The notes: a model not told the origin generated them from the letters alone. A stretch of 64,000 bases of DNA from an uncultured delta proteobacterium (GCA_963793865.1 CAWCBP010000004.1:32001-96000); one strand, 5' to 3'; shown: positions 1 to 9,797, counted from the stretch's first letter. A program made the numbers and translations.

Positions 1-512
1 ACATTGACCATGGAAAGCACCACCCCGGGCCGGGATGCCCTTCTTTCCTTCAGGGTATCCACGAGCAGGTTGATCCCCTTAAATGTCCGGTCATAATTGA
101 GGCCCATGACCCGCTCATAGGTGTCCCTGGTTATACCCTGGATGCTGATCTTGATCCGGTCGAGACCGGAATCTATCAGCCTGCCGATAATTTTAGGGGT
201 GAGCACGGAACCGTTCGAGGTAATGGTCACCTCGGTTCCCTCGCCCAGCTTTTCCCTGGCATAGGCAATGCGCTCGGGCAGCTTCCGGTCAAGCAGCGGC
301 TCATTCATCAGCAGCAGTGATATGCGCTTGGGATGATACCCGGAAGCCTCATCGATGATTTTCTTATAAACCGCATCCTCCATGATGCCATGAGAAATCG
401 TGCCGGCCACAGCCGGATAGGCGCAGAAAAGACAGTGCGCGTTGCAGTAGGATATGGTCTGGATGTGGAGTCGTACCGGATATTCAGGGGGAGTTTCGTA
501 TCGTTCAGCCAT
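1..512 (-). CDS. Radical SAM protein (5' part; runs off the left edge)
   Basis: Not in the ORF track. Manual minus-strand translation from ATG at 512: MAERYETPPEYPVRLHIQTISYCNAHCLFCAYP...MNEPLLD...TSNGS...ISIQG, with CxxxCxxC and EP motifs. Confidence 0.9.
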   Translation of the reverse strand, partial: MAERYETPPEYPVRLHIQTISYCNAHCLFCAYPAVAGTISHGIMEDAVYKKIIDEASGYHPKRISLLLMNEPLLDRKLPERIAYAREKLGEGTEVTITSNGSVLTPKIIGRLIDSGLDRIKISIQGITRDTYERVMGLNYDRTFKGINLLVDTLKERRASRPGVVLSMVN

Positions 513-755
513 GGTTCAGGCACCTCAATGGTTGTTAATTTTAGATTTGCGGATTTCTGAATGCGGATTGAAAAACAGACCAAGGATACAATCCGCAATG
601 TGAATGTTCAACGTTCGGATTTTCAGACAAACATTTCCTTTAGCACTAACGAAGTCGAACGTTTGACATCCTGCGACTTGATCCAAGTTCCAATGAAATA
701 ATACTGGATTCTCGTTCGACGTAGAATGACCTTCCAAATCATGCAATGCTTACAA

Positions 756-1712
756 TCAGTGGCTGGAATATGCATGAGTATATACATTGCTGATGACTTT
801 AAGCCCCTGCCCCGGAGATACCGCATCATACTTCCAGCGGCTGTTGATCCAGAACCACTGCTCCGGGTACGCCCTGATGTATCGCTCAATCACCCTGGTG
901 AACGCGGCCGTGAGAGCGCGTTCATCCTCCTTGCGGTCTCCGGTAACGGGATGCTCAAGGGCCGGTTCAATATAAATGGTATGGGTACCGTCCCCGTTTC
1001 GGGCAATAAAAACAGGCACCACCGGCGAACCGGTGCGGAGCGAGATGACGGCGGGACCGAGGGCGGTCGAGGCAGGCTGCCCGAAAAAATCCACCTCAAC
1101 CCCCGAGTGTTTCTTTTTTTCATCGGTTACCATGCAGACGATTTCATTGCGCCTGAGGCAGGCCAGAATGTTCCGCAGCGCATCCTTCCACGGCTGGACA
1201 TAAATGAACCGCGCCTGCTGTTTTTCCTGGAGCATACGCAAGACATTTGCCACTGCCGTATATTTAGGAAGCTTGACCAGCGAGGCAAAGGGATAGCCCT
1301 CCGCGCACATTTTCATGCCGATCAGGGTGAAATTTCCAAAGTGGGCACTGACCGCTATGACGCCCCTTCCCAGCGCAAGTGCCTTGTCCAGGTGCTCGGC
1401 CCCCTGGATCCGTATCCTGTGCACAAGGTCGATTCGTCTGCGGGTGGCTGAAAAAAACATTTCGGCGACGCTTGTACCCAGATGGCCTCCCAGTTGTTCA
1501 ATAAAGGCCTCCATTTTTTCGGGATGATACGACGGACCGAAGGCAATCTGTAAGTTTTGCGCAATTCTTTTTCTGTACCGGCGGGAGGAGGCTACATACA
1601 GCGCTGCGCCCTTCCTCGCGCAACAGACAAATGCGCGTTCCGGGATAAGACTGCTTAATAAAAACACCCCGCGCATTAACAATCCCAGAATGTAGTAGGT
1701 AAAAACCTTCAT
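756..1712 (-). CDS. LpxL/HtrB-family lysophospholipid (lipid A late) acyltransferase, copy 1
   Basis: SAHFGNF, VDFFG, P.QWFWIN.RW motifs; N-terminal membrane segment. Confidence 0.88.
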   Translation of the reverse strand: MKVFTYYILGLLMRGVFLLSSLIPERAFVCCARKGAALYVASSRRYRKRIAQNLQIAFGPSYHPEKMEAFIEQLGGHLGTSVAEMFFSATRRRIDLVHRIRIQGAEHLDKALALGRGVIAVSAHFGNFTLIGMKMCAEGYPFASLVKLPKYTAVANVLRMLQEKQQARFIYVQPWKDALRNILACLRRNEIVCMVTDEKKKHSGVEVDFFGQPASTALGPAVISLRTGSPVVPVFIARNGDGTHTIYIEPALEHPVTGDRKEDERALTAAFTRVIERYIRAYPEQWFWINSRWKYDAVSPGQGLKVISNVYTHAYSSH

Positions 1713-3802
1713 GGCGCACTGCCGCTTCTTGCCGCCACCATCTCGGGGGTGTTATTATAGCGCATGAAATTGGCCGTTTCATAAAAACCGTGACAGAGGG
1801 GGGCCATCTCGGCGGTAACTTCCGGGTGCGCATCCATCACATTTTCCCCGGGCGTATCGCTCGCGAGCGCGTGAAGCCTTCGGTTGGTCCCATCCGCGTC
1901 GGTGAGAAAGTAAAAATCATCGCTTATCAGTCCGATCTCGGGCACCTGCCGGTGGCTGATGGTAAAGGCGTAGCGCATCGAATCAAACCGGCTGTCCAGA
2001 AGATCCCTGCCCAGGGTTGAATTTACACAGGGTATTGACGCGAGGCCGGCGATGGTCGGAAGCACATCTACTTCACTCGCCACCTTTGCGTCGGTCTTCC
2101 CCTTATCCACCAGGCCCGGCGCGTAGATGAGCAGCGGCACATGGTACTTGGTGAGCTGCAGCTGATCTTCAGACTTGTACATGTGCTCGGGATGCCGGCG
2201 GCCGGAGCCGTGGTCACCGAAGAATACAAAAATGGTGTTGTCGGCATAGCCATCCGCTTGAGCGGCCTGCACAAAGAACTGTATGCTGTGATCCATGAAG
2301 CGGATGGCATTGAAGCCCGCGACGGACTCGAACCCGTACCTGACCGCCTCATTCTCACTGATCGGCAGCGACCTGAATCCCCGGTTATCCTCGGGGATGG
2401 TGTAGGGACGATGATTGCCCGCCGTTTGTATGAAGGCAAAAAAAGGCCTGTCCTTTATCTCCCGCAGCACCTTATTGGCCTCCTCAAAAAGGTGAAGATC
2501 GCTGATGCCCCACACGTCGGCCCGGGGAGCGGTGTAGCTGCCTTCCTCGTAAACCTTAAGCCCGGGTATGTTGTGTGAAAGGAGCCCGCGGATTTCAGCC
2601 CAGTTGAGGCTCCCCCCCAGGAAATAGAATTTTTCATACCCCTCAAATGCGTTCACAATGCTGTGCTGCCTCACCACCAGCGGGTTGCGGGAAGAGGTTT
2701 TGTTCAGCTCAACATCCGGTATGCCGGTGATGGTGGTGAAAATCGACTGGGCGGTACCGGCCTGGGGGGTGTAAAAGCGGGTAAAAATGATTCCGTGCTT
2801 TGCCATGTCATTGAAATAAGGGGTGGGATCCAGAGGATTGCCGGAAACGCTGGTCTTGTAATAGGCAAACGATTCCAGAAAGACGATGACCACGTTGGGC
2901 TTTTTCTGTTCGCCGCCGGCTTTGTGTGAAACCCTGATAAAATTGAGACGCTCCTGATCAGGATTCTCAACACCCAGGTAGGCCGCAATCTTGTCGTAAC
3001 AGGTTCGGACTTTTTCCAGATCATACCTTACTTCCCTGTTCTTGAGCGTGTCAAAGAAGTAAAGCACGGGATTCAGGGCAACGGCAGTGGTAAAGCTGTT
3101 ATTGGTGAAGAAGGCATCGCTCCAGCGCAGCGGATAGTAGGAGAGCTTTCCATAGATGCCCAGCAGGTATAACAGCAGCAATGAACCGGCGGTTATCAGT
3201 TTTCCCGCCCTGCCGGTAGCAAAATCCCGGCTCCGGTTTATTCTACGCGCAATCCATGCGGTAAACATGCCATACACAAGCAGAAAGAGCAGCAGCAGGA
3301 TAACACCCGGTATGACGGGGTAGCTTTCCCATATCATTTGAAAGGATATGTCGGGGTTATAGAGGAAACTGAGAATGGTGCCGTTAATCCTGCTCTCCAG
3401 GTATCCATAATGTCCGAAATCAAAAAAATAGAACAGAAGCAGCGCGGCACCCAGAATGGTTAGATATCCACACCAGAGCCGCCTGCCCATAACCGTTTTT
3501 ACCACGTGCACCGGCCGTATCCAGGCCAGGAGCAAAAGGGGCAGGTGGATGAGCAGCGCCAGCCGCAGATCAAATTTAAAGCCGATGTAAAATGATTTTA
3601 GGATTACTGAGGACCAAATAATCTCAGCCGGATCATGAAAGACGACCCAGAAAACAATCCGCATGATGGTTAAAAAGACCATGGTGACCAGCACGCTGGC
3701 CAGCAAAAACTGAAACAGTTTCGGCAATCTCTTAAGCACTTTCATATCCTTAATTAGATTAATCTGTACCTTCGTCAGCCGCGAACTGTCAATGCGGGTC
3801 AA
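1709..3802 (-). CDS. LTA-synthase/MdoB-family phosphoglycerol/phosphoethanolamine transferase (alkaline phosphatase superfamily)
   Basis: About 5 N-terminal TM helices, then a sulfatase-like domain: PNVVIVFLES, catalytic Thr in AGTAQS, HRPY, GDHG. Confidence 0.88.
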   Translation of the reverse strand: MTRIDSSRLTKVQINLIKDMKVLKRLPKLFQFLLASVLVTMVFLTIMRIVFWVVFHDPAEIIWSSVILKSFYIGFKFDLRLALLIHLPLLLLAWIRPVHVVKTVMGRRLWCGYLTILGAALLLFYFFDFGHYGYLESRINGTILSFLYNPDISFQMIWESYPVIPGVILLLLFLLVYGMFTAWIARRINRSRDFATGRAGKLITAGSLLLLYLLGIYGKLSYYPLRWSDAFFTNNSFTTAVALNPVLYFFDTLKNREVRYDLEKVRTCYDKIAAYLGVENPDQERLNFIRVSHKAGGEQKKPNVVIVFLESFAYYKTSVSGNPLDPTPYFNDMAKHGIIFTRFYTPQAGTAQSIFTTITGIPDVELNKTSSRNPLVVRQHSIVNAFEGYEKFYFLGGSLNWAEIRGLLSHNIPGLKVYEEGSYTAPRADVWGISDLHLFEEANKVLREIKDRPFFAFIQTAGNHRPYTIPEDNRGFRSLPISENEAVRYGFESVAGFNAIRFMDHSIQFFVQAAQADGYADNTIFVFFGDHGSGRRHPEHMYKSEDQLQLTKYHVPLLIYAPGLVDKGKTDAKVASEVDVLPTIAGLASIPCVNSTLGRDLLDSRFDSMRYAFTISHRQVPEIGLISDDFYFLTDADGTNRRLHALASDTPGENVMDAHPEVTAEMAPLCHGFYETANFMRYNNTPEMVAARSGSAP

Positions 3803-4389
3803 TGCTGCACTTCCGCAGTCGGGGATTCATGCCGGTATTTCAAACGCGGGGAATAGTCTTTAATAAACCTGCCTTTGTCACCGGAGGGCAGAAATTCAAA
3901 TCCCAATCCCGATTGCCAGAACGCTTTATCCATGGCATCCTCTCCAGACCATCCTTCGAATTCTATTCTGTACAAGGCCGCTAAAAGAACTGATCTTCCC
4001 ATGCCGTGCTTGCAGTGCACCAGTACCGGCAGATTTTCTTTTTGTGCCATGATCTCCAGAAAGCTATCGATGACCTGATCCTCGGGATGCTGCCCCGAGG
4101 GGAGGTTTATATAATTTACCCCTAATTCTGTCAGGTAAGCACGCTCTCTGTCAACCTCTTTTCGCGGGCTGCGTAAATCAACCACTGTCCTGATCCCTTT
4201 TGCTGCAACCTTTTCCCTTAGTTTATCCATTGGCATCGCAGCCGACTGGTACAGTTTGTTTTCCGAAATGGTGAAAAAACGGTTGTCCACATGAGCCCAA
4301 TAAAGGTATTTCCCGCCCGAGATGACCAGTATCAACAAACCGGCAATCACTATGCTGCTTTTTTTAATTTTCACGGCAGTAAACCCCAT
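3799..4389 (-). CDS. Membrane-anchored dual-specificity/tyrosine-type phosphatase
   Basis: CX5R P-loop VLVHCKHGMGRS, VVDLR motif, N-terminal hydrophobic anchor. Confidence 0.85.
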   Translation of the reverse strand: MGFTAVKIKKSSIVIAGLLILVISGGKYLYWAHVDNRFFTISENKLYQSAAMPMDKLREKVAAKGIRTVVDLRSPRKEVDRERAYLTELGVNYINLPSGQHPEDQVIDSFLEIMAQKENLPVLVHCKHGMGRSVLLAALYRIEFEGWSGEDAMDKAFWQSGLGFEFLPSGDKGRFIKDYSPRLKYRHESPTAEVQH

Positions 4390-4400
4390 AAATAAGGTGT

Positions 4401-6062
4401 TTATTCCTGACTTCTTTCGTGATTGGAAGCTATAATAAACTCATCATCCTCTACTTTGCCCTCCTCCCATGAATAAATCCGGAAAGGCAGGGCAGATGCG
4501 ATCTTTTCAAAATCTTCTTTATTCATGAGCAGCAAAAAACGTTTGGGGGGATCCAGCAAAAACAGGCGCAGGTCGGGGAGGGTCTTAATTTCCCTGATTT
4601 CCCCAATCCCGGTGTAAAAAATAAATGCGTCGTTCTTGTGGCAAAAAGAAGCTAACAGCTCATTGTCCTTCATCAGGGATTTAATCCGCAGCGAAAACGG
4701 TTTTGCCGAGTTGAATCCATTGAGGGCGGGAAAAACATACGCCACCGAATAGAGAAACCCGCCTGCCATTATTGCCATAAGCATGGCCAAGGTCAAGACT
4801 TCTTTCCTCTTAATAAACATGATCAGCGCGGCTGTGGTGCTCACGGCCAGGACAAGCACCGGGCCAAAATAATTGAAGTTCTGGTGTTCGCTCTTGAAAA
4901 ACGTGGAGAACCAGGGCAGCAGGATGCTTGCGGCAATCGACGAGCACAGCAGCGTGTAGCAGGGAATCCTGACCAATCCCGAAACCGCATCTTTTCCATC
5001 TTTATCAAAAAACCTGTCCCACAAGCATCCCACCATAAGCGCACATGCCGGCACAAGCGGAAGCAGGTACAAGGTTCTCTTCCCCGAGCAGAAGCTAAAA
5101 AAGACGAATACGACGATGAACCAAACGGCTGGAAATAGAGTGTCCTCTCCCGAAGACCGTCTTCTGCTGCTGAAAGCGTACAGTAATGCGCTGGGAAGGA
5201 ATAAAACCCAGGGAATCACAAGCGGCGGGAAGCTTAGAAGATAGTAATAAAATGGCTCTTTATGGCTCCAGGATTCATAGACCCTGCCTAATATCTGGTT
5301 AAAAATTATCTCATCGAGGTACTTCTTGCCTCCTACTATCACCGAAGGAACCAGCCACAAAAAGATGAGGGTAAAAAAAAGTATAAGGCCTGGATGGAAA
5401 ATAACTTTTTTTACTGCGTTCAGGTCTTTCTTTGCCGTGAGATAAGAGATGACAGTCAGAAGTGGCAGGATAAAACCTACCGGACCCTTAGTAAGTGTTG
5501 CCAGGCCAATAAAAAGATACGAGAGATAATAAAGCCGCGGTGATGTATCCCGATAACCTTTATAAAAGAAAAAGAGGGCGGCTAAAATAAAAAGTGTCAG
5601 GGTCATGTCAAGATTAGCGCGACGACCCAGCCAGAAATATTCTACCGTTGTGGCGAGCACCAGCGCAGAAACAAATCCCGCCCGCGGGCTTTTCAGTTTA
5701 CGTCCGATTAAATAGGTGAGAAGAATACCCAAAACTCCGGCAAGTGCCGATGGAAAACGGGCTGAAAAGGGGCTTACTTCACCTGAAACGGCATAGGATA
5801 GGGCAATCAGCCAGAAAAACACCGGGGGTTTATCGGGATAAATTTTGTTGTTAAGCCGGGGAAGAATCCAGTTGCCGTCGACTACCATTTCCCGGGCAAC
5901 CTGGGCATAGCGAGGCTCATCGGGATTCCAGAGGTCCCAACCACCCAGGTTGTAAAAGAAGATCACAGAGGCAAGAAGGCCCAGGATCAGGAGATGAAAT
6001 GCCGGCCGAGAAAGGATAGCATGTCTTTTTATGACGTCAGGACACAAGATGGTACCATCCAA
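4401..6062 (-). CDS. ArnT/GT83-like undecaprenyl-phosphate-sugar dependent glycosyltransferase, copy 1
   Basis: DEPRYAQVAREM, DKPP, TKGPVG, H.EPFYYY, K...YLLP motifs; multiple TM helices. Start codon uncertain. Confidence 0.9.
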   Translation of the reverse strand: MDGTILCPDVIKRHAILSRPAFHLLILGLLASVIFFYNLGGWDLWNPDEPRYAQVAREMVVDGNWILPRLNNKIYPDKPPVFFWLIALSYAVSGEVSPFSARFPSALAGVLGILLTYLIGRKLKSPRAGFVSALVLATTVEYFWLGRRANLDMTLTLFILAALFFFYKGYRDTSPRLYYLSYLFIGLATLTKGPVGFILPLLTVISYLTAKKDLNAVKKVIFHPGLILFFTLIFLWLVPSVIVGGKKYLDEIIFNQILGRVYESWSHKEPFYYYLLSFPPLVIPWVLFLPSALLYAFSSRRRSSGEDTLFPAVWFIVVFVFFSFCSGKRTLYLLPLVPACALMVGCLWDRFFDKDGKDAVSGLVRIPCYTLLCSSIAASILLPWFSTFFKSEHQNFNYFGPVLVLAVSTTAALIMFIKRKEVLTLAMLMAIMAGGFLYSVAYVFPALNGFNSAKPFSLRIKSLMKDNELLASFCHKNDAFIFYTGIGEIREIKTLPDLRLFLLDPPKRFLLLMNKEDFEKIASALPFRIYSWEEGKVEDDEFIIASNHERSQE

Positions 6063-6092
6063 TCAAAGATTCTAACCAAACCCCCATGACAC

Positions 6093-6707
6093 TCACGAAA
6101 TAAATTCCTTCACCATCATGGCAATGCAACCCATAATGATTCCCTGCAGGGTGCTCCGTTCTCTTCTCAATACATTTGCCCAAGCATAATCAGGCCTCGG
6201 GATATGCTGGGGATAATTCACGAAGCCCGCGAGGTTTGGCAACCATCGTGGGACCCTCCGAAAATAATCCTCTGCAGCGGAAGGAAAGAACTCTCTTAAA
6301 CAACCTTCTTCCCAAAGCACAATGCACTGGTATTGAATAAAAAAGAGGATGATGATTACCGGGATGAGCCAGACAAGTTTACTCATCACCGCAAATCCTA
6401 CCAGTATGAGCAGGTTCCCTAAATAAAGGGGATTCCTTATGAAAGCATAGGGGCCAGCCGTAACCAGCACACGAGCTTTCTTCTTTCTGGTACGGGAAAA
6501 CTTCCCTATGTAGCGAAGCGACCAGAGTCGGAGACCTTCCCCGCAGACAAGTAAAAGAGGGCCGCAAGACCATACCAGGATATCATTCTCCAATTCCCAG
6601 CGAAAGCAAAACAGCATAATAAGAATGATGGGGATGGGAGTATAACTCCTCATTTTGAAAAGCCAACTGCCGAAATTTGCAGCAATTCTCTTGATATCAG
6701 TTTGCAT
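6093..6707 (-). CDS. ICMT/Ste14-family membrane methyltransferase, likely lipid A 1-phosphate methyltransferase (LmtA-like)
   Basis: LVTAGPYAFIRNPLYLG, EE..L..F, VPRWLP motifs. The N-terminal GSWLFKMRSY resembles the LmtA-type G.WLF..RSY motif as I recall it. Confidence 0.75.
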   Translation of the reverse strand: MQTDIKRIAANFGSWLFKMRSYTPIPIILIMLFCFRWELENDILVWSCGPLLLVCGEGLRLWSLRYIGKFSRTRKKKARVLVTAGPYAFIRNPLYLGNLLILVGFAVMSKLVWLIPVIIILFFIQYQCIVLWEEGCLREFFPSAAEDYFRRVPRWLPNLAGFVNYPQHIPRPDYAWANVLRRERSTLQGIIMGCIAMMVKEFIS

Positions 6708-6849
6708 GATGCGTTTCTCCTCCGGTTATACCCCTTCCTTGCCGAGCAGATTGCCCATAATTTTATTTATAGTTTTAAAGCACAAGTTTGCACTTCCATG
6801 ATTGATTCTACCGAGATACAGTCTGGATCTTCAGATAAACCCCTGACCG

Positions 6850-6898
6850 GTAGGAGCGGCTTTAGCCGCGATTGCATCGCGTATGAATGCGCTCCTAC
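6850..6898. repeat. GTAG-type REP doublet (REPIN), family A
   Basis: GTAGGAGCGGCTTTAGCCGCGA...GCGCTCCTAC; related copies near 11686, 21114, 25310 and 34519. Confidence 0.8.
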
Positions 6899-7182
6899 AG
6901 ACTGGCGGCTGCTTTAGTAGGGACTAATTTGCTTCTGCCCTTATATATGAGCATAAGATTTCTGAGATATACAATCAACCCGCAGGCCTGTCCCGCAGTA
7001 AAGACCGGGTCAGCGATATGAATGGCATAAACGAGCAGAATTATCCCGCCTGCTAAACTCAGGTACCAGAAATAGATGGGGAAATAGCTCTCACCTTTTT
7101 TTTCTGATGCGATCCACTGGATGAGAAAGCGCATGAAAAAAGCCGATTGTCCGATGAAACCGATTATGACCCACCAATTCAT
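6895..7182 (-). CDS. Lipid-A-disaccharide-synthase N-terminal (LAB_N) small membrane protein, copy 1
   Basis: GFIGQ..F..RF.IQW..SE...S..P..FWY.S..G signature. Confidence 0.88.
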   Translation of the reverse strand: MNWWVIIGFIGQSAFFMRFLIQWIASEKKGESYFPIYFWYLSLAGGIILLVYAIHIADPVFTAGQACGLIVYLRNLMLIYKGRSKLVPTKAAASL

Positions 7183-7988
7183 GACTTATCCTCCTCTATT
7201 TCATAATTGAGCTTTCTTTTTTTCATCCAGCGCACCGCCAGAAGATCTATAAAGGACCTCATCATTCTGTTGCGTATGTTGTACTTCGACAATCCATGTC
7301 TTCTAGGCCGGTGATTCACCTTGACCTCGATTACCCTGCCCCCTTCCATTTTGATCAGGGTGGGGAAAAAGCGATGCAGGCCGCTATAGAGTTTCAGCTT
7401 CTTTACACAGGCAGCCTTAAATGCTTTAAGCGAGCAGCCCACATCTATAATTTCCTCATCGCTCAGTTTATTGCGGATATAATTGGCAATGCGTGAGGAT
7501 ATGAGTTTGATGAAGGGATCATTTCGCCGGTAACGCCATCCGCAGACGGCATCGTACTCGCCAATCTTTTTAAGCAGGTGCGGAATATCCAGCGGATCAT
7601 TCTGCAGATCCGCATCCATGGTGATGATGACTTCACCCCTGGCAGCCTTGAAGCCCGCATCAAAAGCAGCGGTCTGGCCACAGTTTCGTTTGAAGGTTAT
7701 GACCCTGACGCGGGGAAATGCTATGCCGAGCTCACCTAAAACAAGATTGCTGCCATCTGTTGAACCGTCATTAACAAAAATAATCTCCCATGATTTTTGC
7801 AGGGATTCCAGAACGTTTGCCAGTTCAGCAGTGAGCGGGCGAAGGTTTTCCTCCTCGTTAAAAACGGGGATAATCACAGAGACCCAAATAGGTTGAGGTA
7901 CTGCGGCAGCAATACAATCCGATTGTGCATCTTCTTGCTTCATCAGCATAGAGGCATGCCCGTTTATGTAGTTCTGGGGGGAGATCAT
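7179..7988 (-). CDS. GT2 polyprenol-phosphate glycosyltransferase (ArnC/RgtE/Dpm1-like)
   Basis: SVIIPVFNEEE, VNDGSTD, MDADLQNDP, HRFFP, HRPR..G.SKY motifs. True start may lie slightly downstream. Confidence 0.9.
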   Translation of the reverse strand: MISPQNYINGHASMLMKQEDAQSDCIAAAVPQPIWVSVIIPVFNEEENLRPLTAELANVLESLQKSWEIIFVNDGSTDGSNLVLGELGIAFPRVRVITFKRNCGQTAAFDAGFKAARGEVIITMDADLQNDPLDIPHLLKKIGEYDAVCGWRYRRNDPFIKLISSRIANYIRNKLSDEEIIDVGCSLKAFKAACVKKLKLYSGLHRFFPTLIKMEGGRVIEVKVNHRPRRHGLSKYNIRNRMMRSFIDLLAVRWMKKRKLNYEIEEDKS

Positions 7989-8043
7989 GCGATGGGCTTT
8001 TAAAAATTCTAATCCTTATATTAATAAAAGATGCCCTACTAAA

Positions 8044-8071
8044 ATTAAAATAAGATTAAAAATATATTAAA
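8044..8071 (-). promoter_or_regulatory. Triple direct repeat, PmrA-box-like, upstream of the GT2 operon
   Basis: Minus strand reads TTTAAT-atatt-TTTAAT-cttat-TTTAAT (11-bp period). Confidence 0.6.
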
Positions 8072-8118
8072 AATTATTAATCTATTGTAAGCTTTGGATA
8101 TCCGTTTTCCCGATGTAA

Positions 8119-8793
8119 TCATGGATATTTGAGAACATAACCCACTCCCTTGATGGTATGGATCAGTTTCGTCGGGGAGTTGCTGTCGATTTTTCCGCGG
8201 AGGTGATTGATATGCACATCAATCACATTGCTGGAGGGATCAAAGTTGTAGCCCCACACCTGCTCCAGAATCATGGTCCGGGTTAAAATCTGCCCTGCGT
8301 TTCTCATCAGGTACTCGAGCAGCAGGAATTCCTTCCCCGACAGCTCGATATCATTCTCCTGTCTGCGCACGGTCCTGTTAATCATATCCAGCTTCAGGTC
8401 CCCGATGGCCAGCCGGGTCATGTCCGCATCTTTCTGGCCCCGCCTGAGCACCGCAGAGATTCTCGCCTGCAGTTCGGCAAAGGAGAAGGGTTTGACCAGA
8501 TAATCATCCGCTCCCAGCTCCAGGCCCTGAACGATATCTTCCTGTTCCCCCTTTGCGGTCAGGCAGATGACCGGCGTTCCCACTTTCCTGTCCCGCATGG
8601 CCTTCAGAATTTCATATCCATTCAGCCCGGGGAGAAGGATGTCGAGGACGACCAGATCGTAGGACTGGTTGAGCATGAGCTGCAGCCCCTCCTCCCCGTC
8701 ATGGGAAACATCAACCACGTATCCCTTTTCCTTGAGCCCCTTGGCGATAAAACGGGATATGCTCCGATCGTCTTCAACCAGGAGAATTTTCAT
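8119..8793 (-). CDS. OmpR/PhoB-family response regulator (CusR/CzcR/ColR-like); no adjacent kinase
   Basis: MKILLVEDD...LDILLP...LTAK...GADDYLVKPF; winged helix SNVIDVHINHLR.K...TIKGVGY; GGGAGG RBS before ATG 8793. Confidence 0.93.
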   Translation of the reverse strand: MKILLVEDDRSISRFIAKGLKEKGYVVDVSHDGEEGLQLMLNQSYDLVVLDILLPGLNGYEILKAMRDRKVGTPVICLTAKGEQEDIVQGLELGADDYLVKPFSFAELQARISAVLRRGQKDADMTRLAIGDLKLDMINRTVRRQENDIELSGKEFLLLEYLMRNAGQILTRTMILEQVWGYNFDPSSNVIDVHINHLRGKIDSNSPTKLIHTIKGVGYVLKYP

Positions 8794-8900
8794 CCGCCGG
8801 CCTCCCGCAGTAGTCGTGAAATTATTCCGCACCCTCCCGGTGAAAAAGGAATGGGGCAGATGAAACGTTTGGCCACATCTGCTCAGACCCGGTCTGCAGA

Positions 8901-9797
8901 TCAGTCGTCCTTCCGCCGCCAGCGGTTATTAATCCAGGACCACTGCTCCGGATACGCCCTGATGTAACGTTCAATCGCACGTGTGTAAGCAGCGGTCATG
9001 GTCCGTTCATCCTCTTTGCGGTCGCCCGTCATATGGTGTTCGAGAGGTGGTTCAATGTAAATGGTATGGGTACCATCCCTATTGCGGACTATGAAAACAG
9101 GCACCACAGGGGATCCTGTTCTCCGTGAGATAACCGAAGGTCCAAGTGCGGTTGCGGCGGGGTGACCGAAAAAATCAATCTCAACTCCTGAACGCCTCTT
9201 GTTTTCATCTGCCAGCAGGCATACGATTTCATTGCGCCTGAGCGATGCAAGAATATTCCGGAGCGCGTCTTTCCAGGGCCGCATATAAATGAATCGACCG
9301 CCCTGCCTATCCTGGAGCATACGCAACACCCTTGCCACCGCTTCGTATTTTGACTCTTTTACCAGCATGATAAAGGGATAACCCTCCTCAACCATTTTCA
9401 CGCTGATTAAGGTAAAATTTCCTATATGCGCGCTGACGGCAACTACACCTTTTCCCAGCGCAAGGGCCTTTTCCAGGTGTTCCTTCCCATGGATCCGTAT
9501 TCTGTTTAAAAGATCTTGGCGCCTGGGGGTGGCCGAAAAAAACATCTCGGCAACACTTATCCCCAAATGATTTTCCAGTTCCTTAGTAAAGGCCTTTACT
9601 TTTTCAGGCTGATATGACGGTCCGAAAGCAATCTGTAAGTTTTTAGCAATTCTTCGCCTGTAACGGCGAGAGGATGCCATGTACAGCGCTGCACCCTTTC
9701 TCGAGCAGTAGACAAAAGCGCGCTCCGGCAAAAGGCAGTTCGAGAGAAAAGCCAGGCGTGTTAATAAGCCCAACACATAATAAGCAAACTCCTTCAT
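8901..9797 (-). CDS. LpxL/HtrB-family acyltransferase, copy 2
   Basis: Colinear and highly similar to 756-1712 (SAHIGNF, IDFFG, PEQWSWINNRW). Confidence 0.88.
   Translation of the reverse strand: MKEFAYYVLGLLTRLAFLSNCLLPERAFVYCSRKGAALYMASSRRYRRRIAKNLQIAFGPSYQPEKVKAFTKELENHLGISVAEMFFSATPRRQDLLNRIRIHGKEHLEKALALGKGVVAVSAHIGNFTLISVKMVEEGYPFIMLVKESKYEAVARVLRMLQDRQGGRFIYMRPWKDALRNILASLRRNEIVCLLADENKRRSGVEIDFFGHPAATALGPSVISRRTGSPVVPVFIVRNRDGTHTIYIEPPLEHHMTGDRKEDERTMTAAYTRAIERYIRAYPEQWSWINNRWRRKDD

Noticed and set aside
525..746. 73-aa ORF between the radical SAM gene and lpxL
   Set aside because: No recognisable motif, and its 3' end is a heptamer-repeat tract.
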